Source: Calditrichia bacterium (lineage in GTDB: Bacteria; Calditrichota; Calditrichia; RBG-13-44-9). Taken from it: 26,006 bases of DNA. This document shows positions 1-8,700 of the stretch, piece after piece. Positions within the stretch are counted from its first letter, which is position 1; every line of letters begins with the position of its first letter. Position numbers and translations under genes: made by a program. Below the pieces are notes generated by a model. That model searched no databases. It was given only the letters and a program-made list of their open reading frames with translations, and was not told the DNA's origin. Where the stretch lies: positions 1-26,006 of the forward strand of contig JARRQT010000019.1 in the NCBI GenBank assembly GCA_037381445.1. The letters run 5' to 3'.

Positions 1-72
1 GCTTCTTTTATGCGCTTTATTTATAAAAAATTTTCAGCAAATACGGAATTTCCAGGTCTCAATGGAGTGTGA

Positions 73-1788
73 ATGAAACGGTACTTTTCTTGGGTAGCTT
101 ACCTCTTTATATATTTAGGCTTACTATATTTTCTCGGCTGCGCCCATCAGGTGGCGCCAAGCGGAGGGCCGGTTGACAAGACGCCGCCCAGGGTAATCAG
201 CAGTTTCCCGCAGCCGGACAGCGTGGGAGTCCGCCACTTGAAATATATCGAAGTCGAATTCGATGAGGCGATCCGACAGACATCGCTTCTCGGCAATTAT
301 TGGATGATTCCCGAAATATCGGGGGGATTTGTCACCAAATGGAAGGGGAGCCGGAAAATCCGTTTTTACCAGCAGGATACCCTTGCTGAAAACCGGACCT
401 ACGTCTTTACCCTGGGTACAGGAATCACTGATGTTCACAACAATAAACTGGCCGCCCCCTTTCAATTGGCTTTTTCTACCGGGCCCGAACTTAACCGCGG
501 ATTGATAACCGGCCACGTATATGGAGACAAGCCGCTCCGGGACATTTTTATCTATGCTTATGCGGAAGAGGACGACTCCTTCCCTGATTCGTTGCTGCAA
601 CGGAAAGCGGCGTATTACACCCAGATCAACGCCGACGGTGAATACAGACTGAACTATTTGCCATGGGGAACATACCGTCTTCTGGCTCTGCAGGACAACG
701 ACTACAATTTCGTTTATACGCCCGAGTCGGATATGGCGGGGATACCTTTCACGGATGTGGCGCTGGATTCAATCCTGCCTTCTTTTTCCAAAATGAATTT
801 TTATATGATGCAGGAAGACACTACCGGGCCGAAGATCAAATCTGTGGATACGGTTTCCGTGCGTGAATTACGGGTCACATTCAATGAAGGGGTTGCACTC
901 CGGAAAGATTTTCGAATAGAGATATGGGACACTTTAGATCAGGCAGTCTATAGGCCGCTGGCCTACAGCATTAACAGTAATGATCCCACGCTGCTGCAGA
1001 TATTTTCCCTGAACCTCCCGGCCCATCAGGAAATGGTCCTGACGCTGAGCGGGCTGACGGACCTGAGCCGGAATTATCCCGCCGATTCTGTTATGCAAAA
1101 AATATTCACCAATGCCAGCCGGCAGGACACCCTTCCCCCGCGATTTCAGAGCATGATTCCCCCTGCAGGAGATAATGCCGTGCCCTACGATGATTCTATC
1201 ACCGTAAATTTTACCGCCCCGGTGGATACAGCGCTGTTTGTCCGCCATTTTTCCTTGCTGGATGAAAAAGGAAACATGATTAAGGGCGTTTTTAATCTGC
1301 AGGATCTTTTAAGGCCTGTTTTCAAACCGGATTCGCTGCTGGAAAAAACGGCCGGCTATACGGTCGTGCTGCCTCTGGATAGCATCGCGGATCTTTTCGG
1401 CCGGGCCTTTCCCGATACGGTATTGAATCTGAAATTTAATACCATCAATTGGGCGGACCTGGGCGAAATTTCAGGAGAAGTCAGCGTCTCCGATTCTTCA
1501 TGGAAGAAAGGGATTGTCGAATTTCAGGCGGTTGCCGGCAAAAATATTCACAGGAAAGAGGTCCCGGTCAAAAAGGAATACACCGTGCCTTTTTTGCCGG
1601 GAGGACTTTACCTGCCGCGGGCGGTGGTGGATGTCAACGGAAATGGCAGATGGGACAAAGGACATGTCTCGCCCTGGGAATTCTCCGAGCCCTTCATTTT
1701 TAAGCAGGATACGGTGAAGGTGCGGAAGCGCTGGACAACCCAGGGCGTCAACTTCGATTTCAATTTCAGAGGCAAAAATGAAGAATGA
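73..1788 (+). CDS. Ig-like (Big_5/SbsA-type) domain lipoprotein, FCB-type
   Basis: 571-aa ORF with GGAG RBS at 64-67. Hydrophobic leader ends in lipobox FLG-C23, followed by CAHQVAPSGGPVDKTPP, the typical N-terminus of this FCB lipoprotein family. Repeated D-x-x-P-P-like Ig-domain starts and DxNxNGxWD calcium-loop motifs. Overlaps dapF by 11 nt. Confidence 0.85.
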   Translation: MKRYFSWVAYLFIYLGLLYFLGCAHQVAPSGGPVDKTPPRVISSFPQPDSVGVRHLKYIEVEFDEAIRQTSLLGNYWMIPEISGGFVTKWKGSRKIRFYQQDTLAENRTYVFTLGTGITDVHNNKLAAPFQLAFSTGPELNRGLITGHVYGDKPLRDIFIYAYAEEDDSFPDSLLQRKAAYYTQINADGEYRLNYLPWGTYRLLALQDNDYNFVYTPESDMAGIPFTDVALDSILPSFSKMNFYMMQEDTTGPKIKSVDTVSVRELRVTFNEGVALRKDFRIEIWDTLDQAVYRPLAYSINSNDPTLLQIFSLNLPAHQEMVLTLSGLTDLSRNYPADSVMQKIFTNASRQDTLPPRFQSMIPPAGDNAVPYDDSITVNFTAPVDTALFVRHFSLLDEKGNMIKGVFNLQDLLRPVFKPDSLLEKTAGYTVVLPLDSIADLFGRAFPDTVLNLKFNTINWADLGEISGEVSVSDSSWKKGIVEFQAVAGKNIHRKEVPVKKEYTVPFLPGGLYLPRAVVDVNGNGRWDKGHVSPWEFSEPFIFKQDTVKVRKRWTTQGVNFDFNFRGKNEE

Positions 1789-2596
1789 GATACCTTTCAT
1801 TAAAATGCAGGGTGCCGGCAATGATTTTGTTGTGATTGATAACCGGCCTTCATATCTGGATGGTACTGAAATTGAAATCGTTCGAAAGCTCTGCGACCGG
1901 CACTTTGGCATTGGGGCGGACGGCCTGATGCTCCTGGACTTCCGGCAGCCCGATCATTTCAGTCTGAAATACTATAACTCGGACGGAAAACCAGCGGAAA
2001 TGTGCGGAAACGGCGCCAGGTGTGCGGTTTACATGATGCATCTGCTCAACCCGGCGCACAAGGAATTTGATTTCGGGGTTTTCGGTGAGCCCTACAGCGG
2101 TTCGGTAACCGGGACAAACCGGGTTAAAATTTACTGGAATAGATCGCCGCTCATAATAAACATCGCAGGATTGGAAAAGGAAGTTCCCACGGAATTTAAG
2201 CGATTTCTGTATGTCAACAGCGGAGTGCCCCACCTGGTGCTGGAGGTGCAAGGTGAACTGGGAAACTTCGACATAACCGGATGGGGAGCCTTCTTTAGAA
2301 ATCATCCCCTGTTTTCGCCCCAGGGGACAAATGTCAATTTTGTCCGGCTTCATGATCATGAGGTGACCATTCGCACCTTTGAAAGGGGTGTGGAAGGGGA
2401 AACACTGGCCTGCGGAACCGGGGCGCTCGCGGCGGCAACGGCGGTCCATCACTGGGGGCAGTCTCCTTTCCCGATCGACATCCAGGCCCGCGGCGGTCTG
2501 CTGACAGTGGATGGGAGTTCTGATCTTTCGAACATGTCTCTGGAAGGTCCTGTTCGAAGGGTTTTTACCGGATCCGTTAAACGAACCGATCTATAA
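1778..2596 (+). CDS. dapF: diaminopimelate epimerase
   Basis: Motifs KMQGAGNDF, CDRHFGIGADG, NSDG..AEMCGNGARC, GVPH, GTNVNF and RTFERGVEGETLACGTGA. Both catalytic cysteines are present. Confidence 0.97.
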   Translation: MKNEIPFIKMQGAGNDFVVIDNRPSYLDGTEIEIVRKLCDRHFGIGADGLMLLDFRQPDHFSLKYYNSDGKPAEMCGNGARCAVYMMHLLNPAHKEFDFGVFGEPYSGSVTGTNRVKIYWNRSPLIINIAGLEKEVPTEFKRFLYVNSGVPHLVLEVQGELGNFDITGWGAFFRNHPLFSPQGTNVNFVRLHDHEVTIRTFERGVEGETLACGTGALAAATAVHHWGQSPFPIDIQARGGLLTVDGSSDLSNMSLEGPVRRVFTGSVKRTDL

Positions 2597-2716
2597 CCAC
2601 TTTAAACTTGTTTTAACTCTTGAAAGACTAATTCTGGAGTTATTGTTCTGGCAAATGAAAAAATGGATTTTTGGATTTTCAGGAAACGGAATGAATTGCC
2701 GGAGCCACATTAACGC

Positions 2717-2745
2717 TTGAAAATATGAGCCGATAATGATATATT
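2717..2745 (+). promoter_or_regulatory. putative sigma70-type promoter for the TPR-manC operon
   Basis: TTGAAA (2717-2722), 17-nt spacer, TATATT (2740-2745), with an extended -10 TG at 2737-2738. Lies 21 nt upstream of the ATG at 2767. Confidence 0.55.
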
Positions 2746-2766
2746 ATAAAAAAACAATATTGTCCA

Positions 2767-3714
2767 ATGAATAAAAAAGTTTGCCTCTTCATAATTGTCA
2801 CCGTCTTGCTTGCCGGATGTACACGTTCCGTCAGAAAGGAGCAGAGGCCGCTTCATGAAAAGGCAGCCGAATCCTCTGAAATTATTGCTGAAAACCTGGT
2901 TGGCGACGGCGTCGATTTTTATCAGGCAGAGAAATATAATGAAGCCGCGCAGCGATGGAAGGCAGCGCTCCGCCTGATCCCTGATGATGCGGAGGTTCAG
3001 AATTTTCTTGGTCTGGCTTATCACCGCATGGGCAAACTGGACAGCGCCATTATTTATTTTTCGGAAGCGGCAAAAATCGATACGAGCTACTCGCAGGCCT
3101 GGAATAATCTGGGATACATGTATTTCCTGAAAAGTGAATACTCAAAAGCGCTTCCTTTTTTTAAAAGGGCCCTGCAGGCGGATCCGGCCTACGACCAGGC
3201 GCGGCTGAACTATTCAAAAACAAGGGAAATAATGGCAGGCAAGCTGCCTTTCACTGCCTTTGAATTGGTTGAAAGGACGTCCAAAATTGACAGCCTGGAA
3301 TATCAGATTCACAATTACCGGAAAGCCCTCCAGCTGGATCCCAATTATGTGGATGCCTGGAATAATCTGGGGGTAGCATATTATTACTATGGCATGACCG
3401 ACAGTGCCGTCTACTGTTTGAAAAAGGCGTTGACGCTCAATCCCGATTATCCTCCGGCACACAACAACGCCGGTTATATTCTGGATGCTGCCGGCAATTT
3501 CGATGAAGCGATATCACATTATCAGGCGGCAATTATGCAGAGGCCGCTCTATATCGTGGCCATGACCAATCTGCTGGATACTTATATGCACAAGCAGGAT
3601 TATGACTCTGCTATGAAAATCTTAAACGCTTTAAAGGAAATAGCGCCTCAAAATCAATTGGTGGAACTGAGAATTAAGGAATACCAGGAATTACTTTACG
3701 GAGGAGGAAAGTGA
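2767..3714 (+). CDS. tetratricopeptide-repeat lipoprotein
   Basis: Lipobox LAG-C18. Multiple TPR motifs, e.g. AWNNLGYMY, AWNNLGVAY and AHNNAGYIL, with ALxxxP turns. Confidence 0.9.
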   Translation: MNKKVCLFIIVTVLLAGCTRSVRKEQRPLHEKAAESSEIIAENLVGDGVDFYQAEKYNEAAQRWKAALRLIPDDAEVQNFLGLAYHRMGKLDSAIIYFSEAAKIDTSYSQAWNNLGYMYFLKSEYSKALPFFKRALQADPAYDQARLNYSKTREIMAGKLPFTAFELVERTSKIDSLEYQIHNYRKALQLDPNYVDAWNNLGVAYYYYGMTDSAVYCLKKALTLNPDYPPAHNNAGYILDAAGNFDEAISHYQAAIMQRPLYIVAMTNLLDTYMHKQDYDSAMKILNALKEIAPQNQLVELRIKEYQELLYGGGK

Positions 3715-3715
3715 G

Positions 3716-4795
3716 ATGAAGATATATGCGGTATTGATGGCAGGCGGTGTCGGGACGCGGTTTTGGCCCCGGAGCCGGACCCGCAATCCCAAACAGGTTT
3801 TGAATATCATCAATCATGAAACTATGATTCAGTCAACTTTTAACCGTTTGAAAAATCTAATTGAACCTTCCAACATTTTTGTAGTGACCACTGAAGAACA
3901 GCGGGAAATAATTCAGGAACAGCTTCCCAACCTGAGTAAAGATAATTTTATACTGGAACCATTCGGCCGGAATACTGCCCCTTGCATCGGGCTGGCGGCG
4001 ATCCGCATACAGGAAATGGACGCCGATGCCGTTATGCTGGTTCTGCCTGCTGACCATCTGATCGCGAATGTTCAGGAATTTGAGAAAGTGATAAAACACG
4101 GGGCCCAATTTGCCTCCGAATCAAACGGTCTGATCACTCTCGGTATCACCCCTTCAAATGCGGCAACAGGGTACGGCTATGTACAGCGGGGTGAGAAGGT
4201 CCGTGAATTTGACAGCCATTCCATTTATAAAGTCAAAACCTTTGCCGAAAAGCCGAATCGCGATACGGCAATCCGCTTTTTAGAGAGCGGAGATTTCTAC
4301 TGGAACAGCGGCATGTTCATCTGGCAGGTCCCCAGCATTCTGAAGGAGATAGAAGTCAAGCTGCCCGAATTATATGAGGGCTTGCAGGAAATTAGGGGTC
4401 AGCTGGGCAAGAGTAATTACGCCGCGGTGGTTGAAGACGTATATCGTCGGATTCGAAGCATTTCAATTGATTACGGCGTGATGCAGACTGCTCAGAACGT
4501 TTATATTATTCCTACCGATATGGGATGGAATGACGTGGGAAGCTGGGAAGTGGTTTATGAAATTTCAGAGAAAGACAAATCAAAAAATGCCGGGGAATAT
4601 AAAGAAATAATCCAGGTAGATTCCGGCGAAAATTATGTTTATTCCCCCAAAAAACTGATTGCTCTGGTGGGAATAAAAAATCTTGTGGTTGTCGATACCG
4701 GAGATGCGTTGTTAATTTGTAAAAAGCAGCGCAGCCAGGATGTAAAAGATATTGTGGAGCAATTAAAGAAGAGCGGAATGGATGAGTACATTTAA
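3716..4795 (+). CDS. manC: mannose-1-phosphate guanylyltransferase (monofunctional; no PMI cupin domain)
   Basis: Motifs MAGGVGTRFWPRSR..PKQ, EPFGRNTAPCI, LPADH, TGYGY, FAEKP, WNSGMF, SIDYGVM and WNDVGSW. 359 aa, ending after the beta-helix region. Confidence 0.93.
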   Translation: MKIYAVLMAGGVGTRFWPRSRTRNPKQVLNIINHETMIQSTFNRLKNLIEPSNIFVVTTEEQREIIQEQLPNLSKDNFILEPFGRNTAPCIGLAAIRIQEMDADAVMLVLPADHLIANVQEFEKVIKHGAQFASESNGLITLGITPSNAATGYGYVQRGEKVREFDSHSIYKVKTFAEKPNRDTAIRFLESGDFYWNSGMFIWQVPSILKEIEVKLPELYEGLQEIRGQLGKSNYAAVVEDVYRRIRSISIDYGVMQTAQNVYIIPTDMGWNDVGSWEVVYEISEKDKSKNAGEYKEIIQVDSGENYVYSPKKLIALVGIKNLVVVDTGDALLICKKQRSQDVKDIVEQLKKSGMDEYI

Positions 4796-5102
4796 AAAGA
4801 AAAGACGCCGGAATAAGCCGGTCAAAGTGCACCCCGAACAGCAGTTGCTATTTGATGAACTCTGCGAAGTATTGCAGAAACTGGGTGTGGAGGTCCGCAG
4901 TGAATTAGGCCAGTTCAACGGGGGATACTGCATCATAGAAGGGAAGGATTATTTTTTTCTGAATAAAAGTTTGCTCATTGAACAAAATATTGATATACTT
5001 TTAGAACAATTAAAATCCATGGAATTAGGAAATGTTTATCTCTCCCCTAAATTAAGAGAGTGTTTGGAAGATAATCAAATTGCCATTGAGGAGCAAAAAT
5101 GA
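4782..5102 (+). CDS. conserved-looking hypothetical protein with a basic N-terminus (possible ImmA/IrrE-like fold lacking HExxH)
   Basis: 106-aa ORF overlapping the manC stop and coupled to the next gene by ATGA (5099-5102). Pattern LGVEVRSE.G.F.GGYC...LNK.L...L.P.LRE. Confidence 0.7.
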   Translation: MSTFKKKRRRNKPVKVHPEQQLLFDELCEVLQKLGVEVRSELGQFNGGYCIIEGKDYFFLNKSLLIEQNIDILLEQLKSMELGNVYLSPKLRECLEDNQIAIEEQK

Positions 5103-5437
5103 AAGATCAAAGGAAAGCTTTACGGGTTGAAGCAGAGCATTTCATCTCGTTCGATTTGCTGGATGAAAAGGACCAGATCGTGCAATCCGGTATGGCCTTA
5201 AGCCGGAATCTGAGTCAAAAAGGGGTGAAAATGGAGAATCGTGATCCATTTCCCATCGGCTCAAAAATCCGCCTGCATCTCGCTGTCGGAGACGAGGTCG
5301 CCGATATCAACGGTGAAGTCCGGCATGTCGAGAAACCCGAGGAAGATAAGTATTTTATTGGGATTGAATTTCTAAAGATCGAACAGGATATTTTAGAGAA
5401 AATTTCCGAATATTATCCTGATATTCTGACCAAATAA
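5099..5437 (+). CDS. stand-alone PilZ domain protein (putative c-di-GMP receptor)
   Basis: RxxxR (QRKALR) and N/DxSxxG (NLSQKG) motifs, with beta-barrel tail GEVRHV...YFIGIEF. GGAG RBS and ATGA overlap with the upstream gene. Confidence 0.88.
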   Translation: MKDQRKALRVEAEHFISFDLLDEKDQIVQSGMALSRNLSQKGVKMENRDPFPIGSKIRLHLAVGDEVADINGEVRHVEKPEEDKYFIGIEFLKIEQDILEKISEYYPDILTK

Positions 5438-5652
5438 TTCTAAGAATTTTGTTTCTATAAATATGTGCGGAATTCTCTACGGCTCAGGGAACGGAGTTGA
5501 AATTTTCCGTGAGGATAATTTCTCATCGATTTCAGGGACGATGATTGAAGAAGGGATTCGTTTCACCCCAATACAGAAAAATTTCCAGCATCATCCTGAG
5601 CTCTGTCAGGAGTTTTCCGGTTTGCCTTATCGTCCCAATTTTATTGGCTTTG

Positions 5653-5706
5653 ATGATCATCCCTGTCTCCGAAAATAAACTCTGTTTCAGAAACAGGGAT
5701 AATCAT
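5653..5706 (-). terminator. 22-bp stem-loop 3' of the large beta-propeller gene (terminator or 3'-stabilising hairpin)
   Basis: Arms ATGATCATCCCTGTCTCCGAAA (5653-5674) and TTTCAGAAACAGGGATAATCAT (5685-5706). The three mismatches become G-U pairs on the - strand RNA. No clear U-tract on the - strand. Confidence 0.55.
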
Positions 5707-5730
5707 TCTTTCATTACATGCCAAAGGGTG

Positions 5731-8700
5731 CTATTTTAAAAGCAGGAGCTTTTTTGTTTGAATAAAGCTGCCGGCCTGAATCCGGTAAAAATAAACTCCG
5801 CTGGCCATCGATTCCGCATTCCATGTAATATCATAACGACCCGGTCTCATCCTCTTGTTCACCAGTATCGCCACCTCTCGGCCCAATCCATCATATACTT
5901 TGAGTGTTACATTGCTAACCCGAGGTATTGAGAAGCGAATGTTCGTCGAGGGATTGAAAGGATTCGGGTAGTTTTGCTCAAGCGCGTAGGTTCGCGGGAG
6001 CGATGCCGGCTGCGCAATGTCGGTTGCAGGCGCCTGAACCCGAACATTATCAATTGACCAGCCCCATCCATGGGTGTTGGCATCGGCAAACAGCCTGAAG
6101 CGAAGCAGTATTTTATCACCTGCTGAAAATTTATCGAGCAGATTTATGGAATGTTTTCGGTAAAGGCTTTGATTAATCGCGCCGCCGTTGTAGGCATTTA
6201 GCCAGGCAGCATCGTAACGGGCGTCGTATCCGGCCAGCAGCGGGATCCAGTTGACCCCGTCCGAGGTTCCTTCCGCAATAACATAGTCCCAGAATAGCGC
6301 GTCGCCATAAACCGAGCCGGGCTCTCCCGGCTCGACAATCGCAATATCATCATAAGTAAATGTTGCATTGTCAGGGGCAACTTCTATTGGAACCATAAGC
6401 TGGTAGGTGTTCTCCGTGTTGTCCGGGTAGGGGTGAGCGCTGTTAATGGATGGGTTGGAAAATCCGGCAGGAGTCGAGATTTCGAAACCTGTGCCCACAA
6501 AATCGGAAGAAGGTTCGTTAAAATTGTTGGCATACCAGGCCTGCGGTTCGGAGAGCGGGAACAGATTCACCTTCTGAGCCGATGATTTGTACTCCATGCC
6601 GTTTTTATATGAAGTCAGATACACATTGATGGTGCCGGGATCGGAAACCGGAAAGGCCAGAGTCAGCAGGGTATCTTTCGCCGCATCGCTCAAAATGGTG
6701 AGGTACCTTAAGTTATCAATCATGACAAGAGTTGAATCATATACCGATCGTAAAGAAGCATCGATGACCAGATTGCCCGTGGGCTGTTGCGCGCTCTGGT
6801 TCAGGCGCGGCGAAAGGGTGACGACCGGCGGTTTATATCCTGCCAACTCCGGCAGGGTCACTGACCAGATTCCCCGGCCGTGCGTGGCGGCCACGACTTG
6901 ATCGTCAACAATTGCAAGATCCCAGACCGCCACGGCCGGCAGACTGTTATCCGCATACGCCCAGCTTTGGCCGCCGTCCACCGATTCAAAAATACCGATT
7001 TCGGTGCCGGCCCACATGATATCCGGATTATAAGGCATAACCAGCAGGCAGTAGGTCGCCACATCCGGAAAACCGGTGGTGCTCTCTGAATTTTGTTCGA
7101 ATCCCGAAATGTCTTCCCAGGTCTGTCCCAGGTCCCGCGTCCTCAGTATTTTGGGCGCATGGGCAAATGAAAAGAGAGCATAGGCGGTGGAATCTTCCAG
7201 GGAATGGGTTGCCAGACCGGAGATCCTCCCCATGGGGACATCGGTGAAGTTGTTGGTGGGATTAAAAGTGAGTCCACCGTCCACCGATACGAAAACTCTC
7301 CCGGCGGTACCCATGTAGGCGCCGGTCCAGACAATCTGCGGATTTGCCAGTGAGACTTTGATTTCAGTGAAGGAGCTGCTGAATCCCCATCCGGAAGTGA
7401 TCGGGCTCAGCGTCCACCTGCTTCCAAAAGTATCTGTCCGCCAAACACCCGAGGAACCAACCGCGAAGACCAGATCAGGGTCGCTGTTTGTTTTTGCGAG
7501 TTTTGTGATAAAAGGCCCGCCGCCGGAGGCACCCAGGTTCTGCAGACCGTTTCTCGCCGGAGCCCAGCTGTTACCGCCGTCGAGGCTTCTCCATATGCTG
7601 TTATACTGGCTCGAACCCAGAATTTTATTCCCATCCCGGTAATTCCAGCTCACCTCAAAACCATCGCCGCCAATTACCCTTCGATATGCTGAGGTTGCGC
7701 CGGCATCATCTCCCGGTGCGGACTGCCACGTACCGTTGTCCTGGGTCCCGCCGATATACTCATTGGCGCCCGGTTTTTTGTCCGCTCCATAGAACTGTGT
7801 GGTATTATAGCCGGCAAGCGGGCTGTTCCAACTGTTACCACCATTCATGGAATAGGCCACACCGCCGTCATTCCCGTTTATGATCCAGAACTGATTGGCA
7901 GCCTGATCCACGGGGACCATGATCAGGTTGTGATGATCAACATGAACATACGCAGCGCCGTACTGACCGTAACCATCGGTGACAGGTGTGGAGGTTCTGG
8001 TTTTGGTGATGATTTGATTACTATACCTGATCCTCAAAACGGATTCCGGCAGGCTGGTTGGATTCCATACGGCCCCGGCGGCCAAAACAGGCCACATGGC
8101 ATATATGCTTTTTCGCGCAAAGCCGTTGCTTTTCTGGTATGAGGTGTCCGGATTGGCGGGGTCGTATGGGGTGGCATTGACAAACAAATATTCGCGCGGA
8201 ATCGGGGTAGAGGGGGAACTTAAATCAAACGACCCGTCATTTGCCCAATCACGAAATGAAGCATTCAACTGGATATTGTTTTTAATATCCCATACCTCAA
8301 AAGGCACCTCCACAAAATCCTGGTAAATATAATTTCCGGTTGCTTCGTCCAAGGTGAAACGGAATGCTTTCTGGCTCTGTCCCGGGCCAAAGCGAATTTC
8401 CACCGAAACATAATCGGACGCAGCAACATCGTATGCGCCCAGAAATTCTTCACCGGTACCGATGCCCCCGCCTGCATATGACCCTCCCCAACTCACAAAA
8501 CTGAGGAAGGAATTCGTGCCCTGCTGATCCACCCCGGTAACGCCGCTCGATGTATCCGCATCGGGCTGCATCTCAATCTTCCAGATATTAATGCCGCCGA
8601 CAAAAATGATGTCTTCATTAAAGGGGTGAACGGCGATGGTATTGTCATACCAGCCCTGACTTCCCAGCCAGGCGGGATTCGTTCCGCTGATATCATTCAC

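Noticed and set aside
124..2452. Antisense ORFs 124-600, 934-1248, 1498-1911 and 1850-2452
   Set aside because: They are shadows of well-supported + strand genes and have no motifs.
5590..5635. GATAAGGCAAACC on the - strand, reminiscent of the 5' part of a c-di-GMP-I (GEMM) riboswitch, near the PilZ gene
   Set aside because: There is no GAAA-capped stem pairing back and no GACGCAAAGC motif. It lies between convergent genes rather than in a 5' leader.
5463..5739. Short + strand ORFs of 71 aa and 64 aa
   Set aside because: They have no RBS or recognisable motif, overlap each other, and run through the hairpin.
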